64,000 bases of DNA from Pirellulales bacterium (GTDB lineage: Bacteria; Planctomycetota; Planctomycetia; Pirellulales; JAICIG01), in NCBI GenBank assembly GCA_040901675.1, contig JBBDYJ010000013.1, positions 64,001-128,000 on the forward strand, written 5' to 3'. Under the pieces are notes generated by a model. That model worked only from the letters and a program-made list of their open reading frames with translations. It ran no database searches and was not told where the DNA came from. Below, piece by piece: positions 44,742 through 54,801 of this stretch. A program made the translations under genes and the position numbers. Every line of letters starts with the position of its first letter. The first letter of the stretch is position 1.

Positions 44742-46595
44742 TCAGCCGAGACGACTCTTGTCGTCTTGGTCCGCTCCCCTCCCCCCTTCCCCCCGTTCCC
44801 CCATCGCACGTTCGGCCGTCTCGCCGGGAGGGGCCGAGTCGGGGAAGACGGCGGGCAACTCGAGCGAGAAGCGGCTGCCGATGCCGGGCTGGCTGGTGAC
44901 AACGATCCGGCCGCCGTGCTCCTGCACGATCTTCTGGCTCACCGGCAGCCCGAGCCCCGTGCCGCGGCTCCCCTTGTGGGAGACGAACAGCGAGAAGATC
45001 TGATCGATCTCCTCCGGCGGGATGCCTCCCCCTGTATCGCTGACGACCACACGCACCAATTGCACGAGCGGATCGTACTCGACCCGCACGGCAACGCTGG
45101 CCTCGGCCTCGGCGGATGCTTGCTGGCCACCCGGAACGGCCGGCGGCCGGGAGTCGTCCGCCGCTGCCGGCCCGGCCTCGGCAGCCGGCTCGACCGGCGA
45201 GGCCGCCGCCCGTTCGCACGCGTCGATGGCGTTGGTCACCACGTTCAGCACCGCGCGGTGCAGTCCCTCGGCATCGAACGTCAAGACGGGCATCTGTGGG
45301 GCCGGCCCGAAGCTGAGCCGCACGCCTTTCTCGCGGGCCCTTGCCGACATCAACTCGACGACGTCGCCGGCCACCTCGTTCATGTCGGCCGGCGCCAGCT
45401 CCGGCTCGCGCTCTTTGGAGAACGTGAGCATGTCCATGACCAGGTTCGAGATCCGTTCCTGGTTTTTCTCGACAAACTCCCAGCCCTTGCCGACCATCGA
45501 CTCGTTGTGTTGCGACAGCCCCTCCTGGATCAGGAAACTACCGCCGCGGATCCCCTGCAGGATGTTCTTGATGTGGTGCGACAGCGTGGCGATCGCCTGC
45601 CCCACCGCCGCCAGCCGCTCGGCCTGGACCATCGCCGAGTAATAACGGGTGTCCTCCACGGCCAGGGCCGCCTGGTGAGCGATGGCAATCATCAGCTTCA
45701 GGTGCTCTTCGGTGAACTTGGCGGCCAACTGCTGCTGCAACAGCCGCTGCGGCGAGGTGGAGGTGTCGATATAAATCAGCCCGACCATGTTGTAGCGGCC
45801 CTGCATCGGCACGCAGATGGCCTCGCGGATGCCCATCTGCACGATGCTGGCGGCCGGGTTCCAGCGATCGTCCTCGCGGGCATCGCTGGTCAGCACGCCT
45901 TCGTTGTGCTCCATCACGTAGTCGACGATGGTCTTGCTGATCTTGATGCGTTCCTCGCTGCGGACGCCTTTGCGGTTTCGGCGGACCTTGGGCTCCAGCT
46001 TTTTCGTCTCCGGGTTCAACAGCATGATGCAGCCGCGGTCGGCCTCGACCCACTCGAAGATGAGCTGCATGATGCGGCCCAGAAGCTGGTCGATGTCCAG
46101 CGTGTGGCTGACGGCCAGGGCGGTGCGATACATCACCTGCAGATTGCTGCGGGCGCGGGCCAGCCAAGAGCTGGATGCTTCCTTGTCGTCCTCGAGGATC
46201 CGGCTCCCCTCGGCCTGACTCATGGCCTTGACGATCCGCGACTCGTCTCCCGACGGGGGCCGCGTGATGATGTCGATCTTGTCGGCCAGGTCGCCCGACG
46301 ATTCGTCGCCCAGGCAGGTATAGAGCATCAAGGTGCCGCCCACCTGCACCTCGTCGCCGTTGGCGAGCTCGTGCTGGCCGACCCGCTTGCCGTTGACGAA
46401 GGTGCCGTTGGAGCTGTCGAGGTCTTTGAGCCCGTAGGTTTTGCCGTTCCTGGCCAGTTCCGCGTGGCGGCGGGAGACTTCGGTGTCGTGCAACTGGATG
46501 TCGTTGGCGACGTCGCGGCCCAGGGAGAGTGCCTCGGCTTCCAGCTCGAAGCGCATGCCCTGATTGTTGCCGCGAAAGACAAACAGCGAAGGCAC
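44742..46595 (-). CDS. FHA-GAF-histidine kinase
   Basis: FHA (LGR..SRRHA..DLDSSNGT), GAF, SHHIKNIL, NVVTNAIDA, GTGLGL. Confidence 0.92.
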   Translation of the reverse strand: MPSLFVFRGNNQGMRFELEAEALSLGRDVANDIQLHDTEVSRRHAELARNGKTYGLKDLDSSNGTFVNGKRVGQHELANGDEVQVGGTLMLYTCLGDESSGDLADKIDIITRPPSGDESRIVKAMSQAEGSRILEDDKEASSSWLARARSNLQVMYRTALAVSHTLDIDQLLGRIMQLIFEWVEADRGCIMLLNPETKKLEPKVRRNRKGVRSEERIKISKTIVDYVMEHNEGVLTSDAREDDRWNPAASIVQMGIREAICVPMQGRYNMVGLIYIDTSTSPQRLLQQQLAAKFTEEHLKLMIAIAHQAALAVEDTRYYSAMVQAERLAAVGQAIATLSHHIKNILQGIRGGSFLIQEGLSQHNESMVGKGWEFVEKNQERISNLVMDMLTFSKEREPELAPADMNEVAGDVVELMSARAREKGVRLSFGPAPQMPVLTFDAEGLHRAVLNVVTNAIDACERAAASPVEPAAEAGPAAADDSRPPAVPGGQQASAEAEASVAVRVEYDPLVQLVRVVVSDTGGGIPPEEIDQIFSLFVSHKGSRGTGLGLPVSQKIVQEHGGRIVVTSQPGIGSRFSLELPAVFPDSAPPGETAERAMGERGEGGRGADQDDKSRLG

Positions 46596-46746
46596 GGTCT
46601 GGGCTCCCCGCGTGCGCCGAGGCCGGCGTGCGCCGAGGGTTGTCCCGACCCGTGCAGGGACATCGCGCGGCGCCACGCCAATCCTGGCCGGATCGTTGCT
46701 GGACCGGCGTGCCGCACCAGGCCGCGCCGCCGGCGCCGGGATTCAT

Positions 46747-47139
46747 TCACCGCGTCGCGCGGCCCTCGGTCGTTGCCGGCCGTCGAGCCGCGTCCAACAA
46801 CTCCTCGATTTTACGAATCAGGGGAGCATAATGATAGGGTTTGGCCACGATCTGGCCCGCCGGCAGCGGCCGCTGCCCGCGGGCGCTGCCCAGCATAACC
46901 AGCGGGGTGTCGCCGGCCAGCGATTCGATTGCCACGCCGGCAGCGGCCGACCCGGCGGAATCGCATTCCAGGTCCAGGACGATCAGGTCCGGATGATGTT
47001 CGCGCGCCAGCTCCAGTGCCTGCTGCCTGCGGCTGGCCCCCAGGATGCGTACACCGCGCCGCTCCAAGGCGGCGCGGAGCACCTCTTGAGTCTCCTCCAG
47101 CGGGTCGACGACCAAAACACTGCGTTTGGCGAGCAGCAC
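46747..47139 (-). CDS. Atypical single-domain response regulator
   Basis: VLVVDPLEE...PDLIVLDLE...KPYHY; GGAGG RBS before the GTG. Confidence 0.75.
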   Translation of the reverse strand: MLLAKRSVLVVDPLEETQEVLRAALERRGVRILGASRRQQALELAREHHPDLIVLDLECDSAGSAAAGVAIESLAGDTPLVMLGSARGQRPLPAGQIVAKPYHYAPLIRKIEELLDAARRPATTEGRATR

Positions 47140-47320
47140 AGCTACCTCCATGTAGCGCAAGGGGGTGAGAGCATATACGGGGTGGGCAGGCGTGTCAAAA
47201 GCGAAATCTTGCTTGACCAACGTGCCGCAACAATCAAGAATTCAAGGAGTTATTCGCTCGCCCGCCGGCTGCCGCGCTCGCTCGCCCGCCGGCTGCCCAT
47301 AACCCCCATTGGCAGGCCTC

Positions 47321-49408
47321 ATGAATCTGCTCCCGCCCCTGCCGCACTCGGCGCGGCGCGCCCTCGTCTGCTTGGGGCTTTGGCCCTTGGCCGTTGCCGC
47401 TTGCCTCGGTGGGTTCGCGCCGCCGGCCCCTCTGCCAGCCGAAGAAACCGCGGTCGCCACCGAAGCCAGCGCCGAAATCATCGAGAGGCGGCTCTTCGAG
47501 GCGGTCCGCTACCTGGCGTCCGACGAGCTGGAAGGCCGCGGCGTCGGGACCAAGGGGCTCGATCTGGCCGCGGACTACATCGCCCAACAATTCACCGACG
47601 TGGGGCTGAACACGCAACTGTACGACGGCACCGCCTTTCAAAGGTTTCAAATGACCGTCGGCACCAGCTTGGGCGGCACGAACCACCTGACCCTGGTCGG
47701 CCCGGCGACGGACGAACAGCCCGGAGGCCGACGCATCGAGCTGAAGTTGGGCGAGGGTTTCACTCCGTTGGCCCTGGGAGGCTCCGGGGTGCTGGACCTG
47801 CCGGTCGTCTTTGCCGGCTATGGCATCACGGCCAAGGATCTCAACTACGACGACTACGCGGGTCTGGACGTCGAAGGCAAGGCGGTGATTGTCCTGCGGC
47901 ACGAACCGCAGCAGGCGGACTCCCACAGCGCCTTTGATGGGAAGCGCCATTCGCAGCACGCTCCCTTTGTCCGCAAGCTGTCGAATGCCTACGAGCACGG
48001 CGCCGCCGCCGTGGTCTTCGTCACCGACGATTACGAGATCCGCGACAAGGTCGACCAGGCCCGCAAGCTTTGGCAGGAGGCGATCGACGAGTTGGCGGCG
48101 GCCAACGCCCGATTCCAGCAGCAGGTCGAGCAGTCGGGCGCGGCGACGCTCGACCAGGTCGAAGCGCACCGGCTCGAAGTCGAGAAGCTGCTGGAGCGGA
48201 TTCGCGAGCTGGGCGAGCGCCTGCCCGCTCAGTACGATCCTTTGCTCAATTTCCAGAGCGGCGGAGGCGGCGATGCACGCAGGCTGCCCGTCGTGCACTG
48301 CCGCCGCGGCGTACTGGCGAGCTTGTTCGAAGGCTCCCAGCTCGATCTGGCGGAGCTGGAACGGGCCATCGATTCCGGCCCCACGCCCCACAGCCGCGAG
48401 CTGGCCGGCTGGCGGCTCGCCGGCGAGATCAACGTCGACCGGGAGGAGGCCGAGGTCAAGAACGTCTTGGGCGTTCTGGAAGGAGCCGGGCCGCTGGCCG
48501 ATGAAACCATCGTCGTGGGCGCCCACTACGACCATCTAGGGCTGGGCGGCGACGGATCGCGGGCGCCCGGAAAGCAGGAGATCCACAACGGGGCCGACGA
48601 CAATGCCTCGGGCACGGCCGTCCTGATCGAAGTGGCCCGCAGCCTGGCCCGCCGCGAACCCAGACTGCCGCGCCGCGTCGTTTTCATCGCCTTCACGGGC
48701 GAGGAACGCGGCCTGCTGGGCAGCGCCCGCTACTGCGCCGATCCGCTGGTCCCGATGGACAAGACCATCGCCATGCTGAACATGGACATGGTGGGCCGCC
48801 TGGACGAAGACAAGCTGATCATCCAGGGCGTCGACACGGCCGCCGAGTTCGGCCCGTTGATCGACGGCATGAACGAACGGTTCGGTTTTCAATTGACCCG
48901 GCAATCGGGGGGATTCGGGCCCAGCGACCACCACTCGTTCTACGCCAAGCAGGTGCCGGTGATGCACTTTTTTACCGGGACTCACCCCGATTACCACCTG
49001 CCGAGCGACGATTACGACAAGATCAACCTGCCGGGGATGCGCCGCATCGCCGACATGATGACCCAGGTGGTCGTGCAACTGGCCCAGACCGATTCGCGGC
49101 CGCAGTACGTCGAGATTGCCGCCAGGCCGATGGGCGGCGGCGACCGGCCTTACTTCGGCAGCATACCGGACTTTGCCCAGCAGGCGCCAGGGTATGCCAT
49201 CAGCGGCGTGGCGAACCAAAGCCCGGCGCAAAAGGCGGGCCTGAAAGCCGGCGATGTGATTGTCCACTTCGGCGAGAGCAAGATCGGCGGTCTGGAGGAC
49301 TTCGACAGCGCCTTGAGAAAATACAAGGCGGGGGACAAGGTAAGCGTGGTAGTCCGGCGCGATGGGAAGGAAGTCGCGATGGAGGTCGTGCTCGGAGAGC
49401 CCCGCTGA
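47321..49408 (+). CDS. M28 aminopeptidase with PA and PDZ domains
   Basis: LASDELEGR, GAHYDHLG, GADDNASG, GEERGLLGS, NMDMVGR, SDH, YH; C-terminal PDZ. Confidence 0.93.
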   Translation: MNLLPPLPHSARRALVCLGLWPLAVAACLGGFAPPAPLPAEETAVATEASAEIIERRLFEAVRYLASDELEGRGVGTKGLDLAADYIAQQFTDVGLNTQLYDGTAFQRFQMTVGTSLGGTNHLTLVGPATDEQPGGRRIELKLGEGFTPLALGGSGVLDLPVVFAGYGITAKDLNYDDYAGLDVEGKAVIVLRHEPQQADSHSAFDGKRHSQHAPFVRKLSNAYEHGAAAVVFVTDDYEIRDKVDQARKLWQEAIDELAAANARFQQQVEQSGAATLDQVEAHRLEVEKLLERIRELGERLPAQYDPLLNFQSGGGGDARRLPVVHCRRGVLASLFEGSQLDLAELERAIDSGPTPHSRELAGWRLAGEINVDREEAEVKNVLGVLEGAGPLADETIVVGAHYDHLGLGGDGSRAPGKQEIHNGADDNASGTAVLIEVARSLARREPRLPRRVVFIAFTGEERGLLGSARYCADPLVPMDKTIAMLNMDMVGRLDEDKLIIQGVDTAAEFGPLIDGMNERFGFQLTRQSGGFGPSDHHSFYAKQVPVMHFFTGTHPDYHLPSDDYDKINLPGMRRIADMMTQVVVQLAQTDSRPQYVEIAARPMGGGDRPYFGSIPDFAQQAPGYAISGVANQSPAQKAGLKAGDVIVHFGESKIGGLEDFDSALRKYKAGDKVSVVVRRDGKEVAMEVVLGEPR

Positions 49409-49656
49409 GGTGGAACATCCAAGGCAGTAGGTCCCCGCCCCCCTGCACCTTCTTCCTTCTGCCTTCTGCCTTCTTCTACTGCCTTCAGCCGATTCTGGCC
49501 TTTACCCGGCCGGACGTTCTCGGCAGAATACCGCCTCGAAAGCCAGGTAGTTGCCGCTTTCGCCAGTTGTTTCCGCCGGCCGCTCAGCCTGCCGCCGGAT
49601 GGACGTGATCGATGGTCAAGGATTGACCCAGCAGAGCCAGCAAGGAGGCGCCGAAC

Positions 49657-50298
49657 GTGAAGAAGTCCCTGTTCCTGGCCGTATCGGTGGCCGCGGTTTC
49701 GTTCCATCTTACGGCGGGCGAGGCCGCCGCGCAGCGTGCCGCCGGCCCCGAAGTGGCCATCATTGACCTCGGTTACATTTTCAAGAACCACGTTCGCTTC
49801 AAGATGATGACCGACGACCTGCGGGCCGACGTGGACCAGGCGGAAGCCGATATCAAGGCGGCCAAGGGGGCACTCGAGAAGCTGGCCCAAGGACTGGAGA
49901 GTTATCGCAAGGGGAGCGCTGAGTATAAGTCGCTGGAAGAGGAGGTCGCCCGGCGGTCGTCCGACTTGAACCTTCAGATCAAGGTGCAGAAGCGCAACTT
50001 CGTGGAACAAGAGGCCAAGAACCTCTACTCGGTCTACCAGGAGATGGTCGAGCGCGTGAAGTACTATGCCGACCAGAACGGCGTCGCCCTGGTATTGCAG
50101 TTCAACGGCGATCCGATCGAGCAGATCGACGCGCCGGGCGTGCAGAGCCAACTGAATCGAATGGTGGTCTATTACAACCGGGCGATCGACATCACGCCGA
50201 TCATCCTGGAAGAGCTCAATGCCAGCGTGCCACGCCGTCCAGCCGCGCCGGTTGGCCCGTCGACGGGGCCCAGGCAAGGCGTACCGCTCAAGCGATAG
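49657..50298 (+). CDS. skp: OmpH/Skp periplasmic chaperone
   Basis: Signal peptide, VAIIDLGYIF, coiled coil, DITPIIL; upstream of lpxC. Confidence 0.85.
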   Translation: MKKSLFLAVSVAAVSFHLTAGEAAAQRAAGPEVAIIDLGYIFKNHVRFKMMTDDLRADVDQAEADIKAAKGALEKLAQGLESYRKGSAEYKSLEEEVARRSSDLNLQIKVQKRNFVEQEAKNLYSVYQEMVERVKYYADQNGVALVLQFNGDPIEQIDAPGVQSQLNRMVVYYNRAIDITPIILEELNASVPRRPAAPVGPSTGPRQGVPLKR

Positions 50299-50418
50299 GC
50301 TCAGCGGGCCGGCTGGGGCCGCATGGCTCGCGCCGGCACGTCCGCGGCCGTTCATTTGTCACCGGCTCCAGGATGTATGGTCCACCGATTCAAGGATGAC
50401 TCGCGTCCCCTGCCGAAC

Positions 50419-51288
50419 GTGCCGCGGCAGCAACGCACCGTCGCACGGGTCGCCGTCGTCGAGGGCTTCGGCTACTGGAGCGGAAAGGACGTGCGGGTCG
50501 AGTTTCGGCCGGCGGCCCCCGATACGGGACTGGTCTTTGTACGCCGCGACCTGGCCAGTCCGGTACGGATCGCGGCCCTGGTTGCCAATCGGATCGAGGT
50601 GCCGCGCCGCACCGCCTTGCGCTGCGGCGGCGCCAGCGTGGAAATGGTGGAACACATCATGGCGGCGCTGGGGGGGCTGGGGGTGGACAATTGCGAGATT
50701 TGGGTGGATGCGGCCGAAATGCCCGGCTGCGACGGATCGAGCCTGCCGTTTGTCGAGGCGCTGTGCGAGGCGGGCCTGGTCAGCCAGAACGCCACCCGGC
50801 AGGCCTTAATCGTCCGCGAAGTGACGCGCCTGGGGAATGAGGAGAGCTGGGTCGAGGCCCGGCCGCCCACGTCGGGCGGACTATCGCTCAAGTTCCACCT
50901 GGACTATGGGTCGGACAGCGCCATTGGGCGGCAGACGCTGTCGCTGCCGATCACGCCCGACTCGTTCCGCCGCGAGCTGGCGCCCAGCCGCACCTTCATG
51001 CTCAAGAGCGAGGCGGAATGGATGCTGGCGCGGGGATTGGGGCGGCGCGCGACGCTCAAGGACCTGCTGGTTTTTGACGCCAACGGCCCCATCGACAATA
51101 CACTGCGATTTCGCGACGAGTGCGTGCGCCACAAGGCGCTCGACCTGGTGGGCGACCTGGCGCTGGCCGGGTGCGACCTGTTGGCCCATTTCGTCGCTTT
51201 CCGCAGCGGCCACCGGCTGAACGCGGAACTGGTGCGGGTGCTGTTGACCGAGGGAGACATGGTGGCGGGGCGCCGCCGCTCCGCTTGA
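50419..51288 (+). CDS. lpxC: UDP-3-O-acyl-N-acetylglucosamine deacetylase
   Basis: QQRTV, VEHIMAAL, MPGCDGSS, SRTF, HKALDLVGDLAL, SGHRLN. Confidence 0.95.
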   Translation: MPRQQRTVARVAVVEGFGYWSGKDVRVEFRPAAPDTGLVFVRRDLASPVRIAALVANRIEVPRRTALRCGGASVEMVEHIMAALGGLGVDNCEIWVDAAEMPGCDGSSLPFVEALCEAGLVSQNATRQALIVREVTRLGNEESWVEARPPTSGGLSLKFHLDYGSDSAIGRQTLSLPITPDSFRRELAPSRTFMLKSEAEWMLARGLGRRATLKDLLVFDANGPIDNTLRFRDECVRHKALDLVGDLALAGCDLLAHFVAFRSGHRLNAELVRVLLTEGDMVAGRRRSA

Positions 51289-51428
51289 AACGGCGCGGGC
51301 GCCCCGTTCGTGCGAGATGCTGAGCCGGAGACGAGGCGGAACTTAAATCAAGCGATTGTTGCTCGCGGCGCGGCCCCAAGGTATCCGCGCCGGCGGGGGA
51401 CCGACTGAAACGCACCGGAGTTGCTGAC

Positions 51429-52235
51429 ATGGCTTCCTACGTCGGAGAGCACGCGGCCATCGACTCCCGCGCCGAGATCGACGCCGACGTGGAGATCGGC
51501 CCCTACTGCGTGATCGGGCCGCACGTGCGGATCGGCAGGGGCACGCGGCTGGAAAACAGCGTGACGATTACCGGGCACGTGACGATCGGCCAGGACAACC
51601 ATTTCTATCCCGGCGTGGTCGTGGGGGGGGAGCCCCAGGACTTGAGCTACCAGGGCAGCGACACCCAGGTCGTCATCGGCGACCACAACACGTTCCGTGA
51701 AGGCGTCACCGTCAACCGGGCCACGGAAAAGGAAGACGGCGTGACCCGCGTCGGCAGCCACAATTACCTGATGGCCTGCTCCCACGTGGCCCACGACTGC
51801 CGCCTGGGCAACCACATCATCATCGCCAATGGGTCGCTGCTGGGAGGGCACGTGCACGTGCACGACCATGCCTCGCTGTCGGGCGCAGTGGCCGTACACC
51901 ACTATGCCACCATCGGCAGCTACAGTTTCGTGGCCGGCCTGAGCCGGGTGCTGCACGATGCGCCCCCCTTCATGCTGGTCGACGGGCATCCGTCGCGGCC
52001 TCGCTGCATCAACGTGGTGGCGCTGAAGCGCAACGACTTTTCGGCCGAGGCGATCAACTGCCTGGCCGAGGCGCATCGCCTTTTGTACCGGGCCAAGGTG
52101 GGACTGGACCACGCCCGCGAAATCCTGCGGGGCAACAACCAACTGTTGCCACAAGTCAACGAGCTGTTGAGCTTCGTGCAGAACCAGCAGGAAGGCAAGC
52201 ACGGCCGGGCTCGCGAGCGGAGGAGAAACACGTGA
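51429..52235 (+). CDS. lpxA: Acyl-ACP--UDP-N-acetylglucosamine O-acyltransferase
   Basis: Hexapeptide repeats, PQDLSY, HVAHDC, GGHV, INVVALKR. Confidence 0.95.
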   Translation: MASYVGEHAAIDSRAEIDADVEIGPYCVIGPHVRIGRGTRLENSVTITGHVTIGQDNHFYPGVVVGGEPQDLSYQGSDTQVVIGDHNTFREGVTVNRATEKEDGVTRVGSHNYLMACSHVAHDCRLGNHIIIANGSLLGGHVHVHDHASLSGAVAVHHYATIGSYSFVAGLSRVLHDAPPFMLVDGHPSRPRCINVVALKRNDFSAEAINCLAEAHRLLYRAKVGLDHAREILRGNNQLLPQVNELLSFVQNQQEGKHGRARERRRNT

Positions 52236-53347
52236 AACCGCTGAGAGCGGCCGTCGTCGGAGCGGGCCATTTGGGCCGAATTCATGCCCGCATCCTGGCC
52301 GGCCTGGACGGATTCCGACTGGTCGGAGTGGCCGATCCCCTCGAAGAAAATCGCCGCGAAGTGGCTCTTGCCCACCAGACGCAGGCGTATGCCGGCCATC
52401 GCCACCTGCTGGGCCAGATCGATGCGGCCGTGATCGCCACGCCCACGCGCCACCACCACCACGTGGCGATGGACCTGTTGCGGCATGGCATCCACCTGCT
52501 GGTGGAAAAGCCGTTGGCCGCCAGCCGCGAGGAGGCCGAGGAGCTGGTCGATATGGCCCGCAGGCAAGGCGCCGTGCTGCAGGTCGGGCACGTCGAGCGG
52601 TTCAACCCCGCCTTTGCCGCGGTGCTGCCGCACGTCCGCGATCCCAAGTACATCGACTCGGTCCGCAGCGGCAGCTTTACCTTTCGTTCGACCGACATCG
52701 GCGTGGTGCTCGACCTGATGATCCACGACATCGACCTGGTGCTGTCGCTGGTCCGCTCGCCGCTGCGGCGCGTCGAGGCCCTGGGCGTCTCGATTTTCGG
52801 CCGTCACGAAGACGCGGCCAACGCGCGGTTGTCGTTCGAAAACGGTTGCACGGCCACGCTCAGCGCTTCGCGGGCCAGCCGCACGGCGGCACGGGTCATG
52901 CAAATCTGGTCCAGGCAATTGTTCGCCCGCGTCGACTTCGCCGACCGCTCGGCGGAGCTGGTGCGGCCCAGCGACGCCTTGCTCAGCCGCCAACTGGACG
53001 TCGATCACCTGCTGCCCGAGGAGAAGGCCCGCCTCAAGGAAAACCTGTTCGCCGAGCACCTGCCCCTGGAGCGGATCCAGGCGGAGCCGGCCGACGCCTT
53101 GACCGCCGAGCTGTTGGACTTCGCCGACAGCATCCGCGCCGGCCGGGCCCCGCGGGTCACCGGAGAGCAAGGCCGCGACGCCATCGACGTGGCCGAGCAG
53201 ATCCTGTCCAAGATCGCGGCGCACGCCTGGGACGGCCGCCCGGAAGGGCCGGTCGGGCCGCTGGCGGGGCCCGCTCCGCGGATCATCCGCTCGCCGCACT
53301 GGGGTCTCAAAACCCCTACGACCAGCCCTCGCCGCGAAGCCGGTTAA
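52232..53347 (+). CDS. Gfo/Idh/MocA oxidoreductase (GnnA-like)
   Basis: VVGAGHLGRIHA, EKP, VGHVERFNPA, VVLDLMIHDIDL; GTGA overlap with lpxA. Confidence 0.88.
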   Translation: MKPLRAAVVGAGHLGRIHARILAGLDGFRLVGVADPLEENRREVALAHQTQAYAGHRHLLGQIDAAVIATPTRHHHHVAMDLLRHGIHLLVEKPLAASREEAEELVDMARRQGAVLQVGHVERFNPAFAAVLPHVRDPKYIDSVRSGSFTFRSTDIGVVLDLMIHDIDLVLSLVRSPLRRVEALGVSIFGRHEDAANARLSFENGCTATLSASRASRTAARVMQIWSRQLFARVDFADRSAELVRPSDALLSRQLDVDHLLPEEKARLKENLFAEHLPLERIQAEPADALTAELLDFADSIRAGRAPRVTGEQGRDAIDVAEQILSKIAAHAWDGRPEGPVGPLAGPAPRIIRSPHWGLKTPTTSPRREAG

Positions 53348-53571
53348 TCCTGACCAGGCGGCAAGGAGACCAGGCCAGGGGGAGCGCCGGGGGGGGCCGG
53401 CGCGGAGGTGAGATTCCCCCGCATCCGCCGCCCGTCTTCCGGCCATGCGTTGTCCGCCGCGCTGTGCGCCTGCGCCCGCTTTGCGTGTCCTATACTTTCT
53501 TACCAAGAGTATTGCGCCGATCTCGAGGCGGTCCTGGGATATCGCTCTCGAGAGGGCGAAACGAGAACGAT

Positions 53572-54681
53572 ATGACCGAGCTGTACCCGCCGACTATTCT
53601 CGTCGTGGACGACGACTCGATCACGCGCGACTTTCTCACGCATTGGTTGACCGAGGAGGGGTACCGCTGCATCCAGGCCGTCAACGCCGACGAAGCGTGG
53701 GCGTATCTTGCCAGCCACGAGGTGCACCTGATCACGCTCGACATCCAGATGCCGGGGCGATCGGGGATGGAGATGCTGTTCCGGGTGCGGCGAGCTTTCC
53801 CCGAGACGGCGGTGGTGATGGTTACGTCGGTGCGGCGGGTCGACGTGGCCATCGAGGCCCTCACCCGGGGCGCCTGGGGCTACGTGATCAAGCCGGTCGA
53901 ACGCGACGACGTGGTGTTGCACGTCAAGCGAGCGCTGGAGCGCCGCGGGAACGCCGTCGGGAAACGCAAGTACATCATCGAGCTCGAACAGCGGGTCCGC
54001 CAGGGATTGCCCATCCGCCCCGCCGAAGAGGACGCCATCTATCGCCTGGTGGCCGCCTCAACCTGCCGCGAGCAGAAAAACGGCGCGTCGATCCGCCGGA
54101 CGGGTCTTTTCAGCGAGGCGCTGGCCACGGCGGCCGGTTGGGCATCGGCGGAAGCCGGCGACCTTTCGATGGCGGCGCCGCTGCGCGACGTGGGCAAGAT
54201 CGCCATCCCCGACGCCATCCTCCGCAAGCCCGGACGGTTGACGCGCGAGGAATTCGAGTTGATGAAAAGCCATACCGTCATCGGCGCGGGCATCCTCTCC
54301 AGCTCGGAGTCGCCGGTGTTGCGGACTGCTCAGGAGATTGCCCTCTGCCATCACGAGCGCTGGGGCGGCGGAGGATACCCGGCCGGCCTGGCCGGCCCCG
54401 CCATCCCCGAGAGCGCCCGCATCGTGGCCATTGTCGACGTTTACGATGCCTTGACGCACGACCGCGCCTACCGGCCGGCCTTGGCCGAATCCGAGGCGCT
54501 GGCCACGATGCTCGAAGGGCGCGGCACGTATTTCGAGCCCAGGCTGCTGGATCTGTTCCTTGCGATGTTGCCTGACATCAGGCGGATCGGGGAGGACAAC
54601 CCGGACGACCCCGCGCTAGCACCGCAGACTGAAACGGTCGATAGCTCCCAGCCGGGAATCGAGCTGCACGTGGCCGGTTAA
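53572..54681 (+). CDS. REC-HD-GYP protein with degenerate metal site
   Basis: Paralogue of 15574-16683 with RDVGK instead of HDVGK and REQKNGAS instead of RDEETGAH. HHERW..GYP and RAYR are retained. Confidence 0.88.
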   Translation: MTELYPPTILVVDDDSITRDFLTHWLTEEGYRCIQAVNADEAWAYLASHEVHLITLDIQMPGRSGMEMLFRVRRAFPETAVVMVTSVRRVDVAIEALTRGAWGYVIKPVERDDVVLHVKRALERRGNAVGKRKYIIELEQRVRQGLPIRPAEEDAIYRLVAASTCREQKNGASIRRTGLFSEALATAAGWASAEAGDLSMAAPLRDVGKIAIPDAILRKPGRLTREEFELMKSHTVIGAGILSSSESPVLRTAQEIALCHHERWGGGGYPAGLAGPAIPESARIVAIVDVYDALTHDRAYRPALAESEALATMLEGRGTYFEPRLLDLFLAMLPDIRRIGEDNPDDPALAPQTETVDSSQPGIELHVAG

Positions 54682-54801
54682 ACCCGCCAGCCTTCCGCGC
54701 CGGCCGACGCCTACTACGCCTCGACGCGGCTCGATCGGCTCGGAAGCGCCGGCAATAGAAGACTCCGTCATGCTCGATTCCGGACAAATGGGCTTGCGAA
54801 A

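Noticed and set aside
44770..44805. C-rich repeats at the end of the FHA kinase
   Set aside because: Low-complexity tail at a convergent gene junction; no further signal.
49445..49490. CCTTCTG-type heptamer runs (also 23294-23338) and 8/16-nt periodic repeats at 57507-57551
   Set aside because: Short intergenic simple repeats with no evidence of function from the sequence alone.
52846..53571. 611-aa ORF implying a long N-terminal extension of the second HD-GYP
   Set aside because: The extension overlaps the oxidoreductase in another frame and is low-complexity. The start matching the paralogue is ATG 53572.
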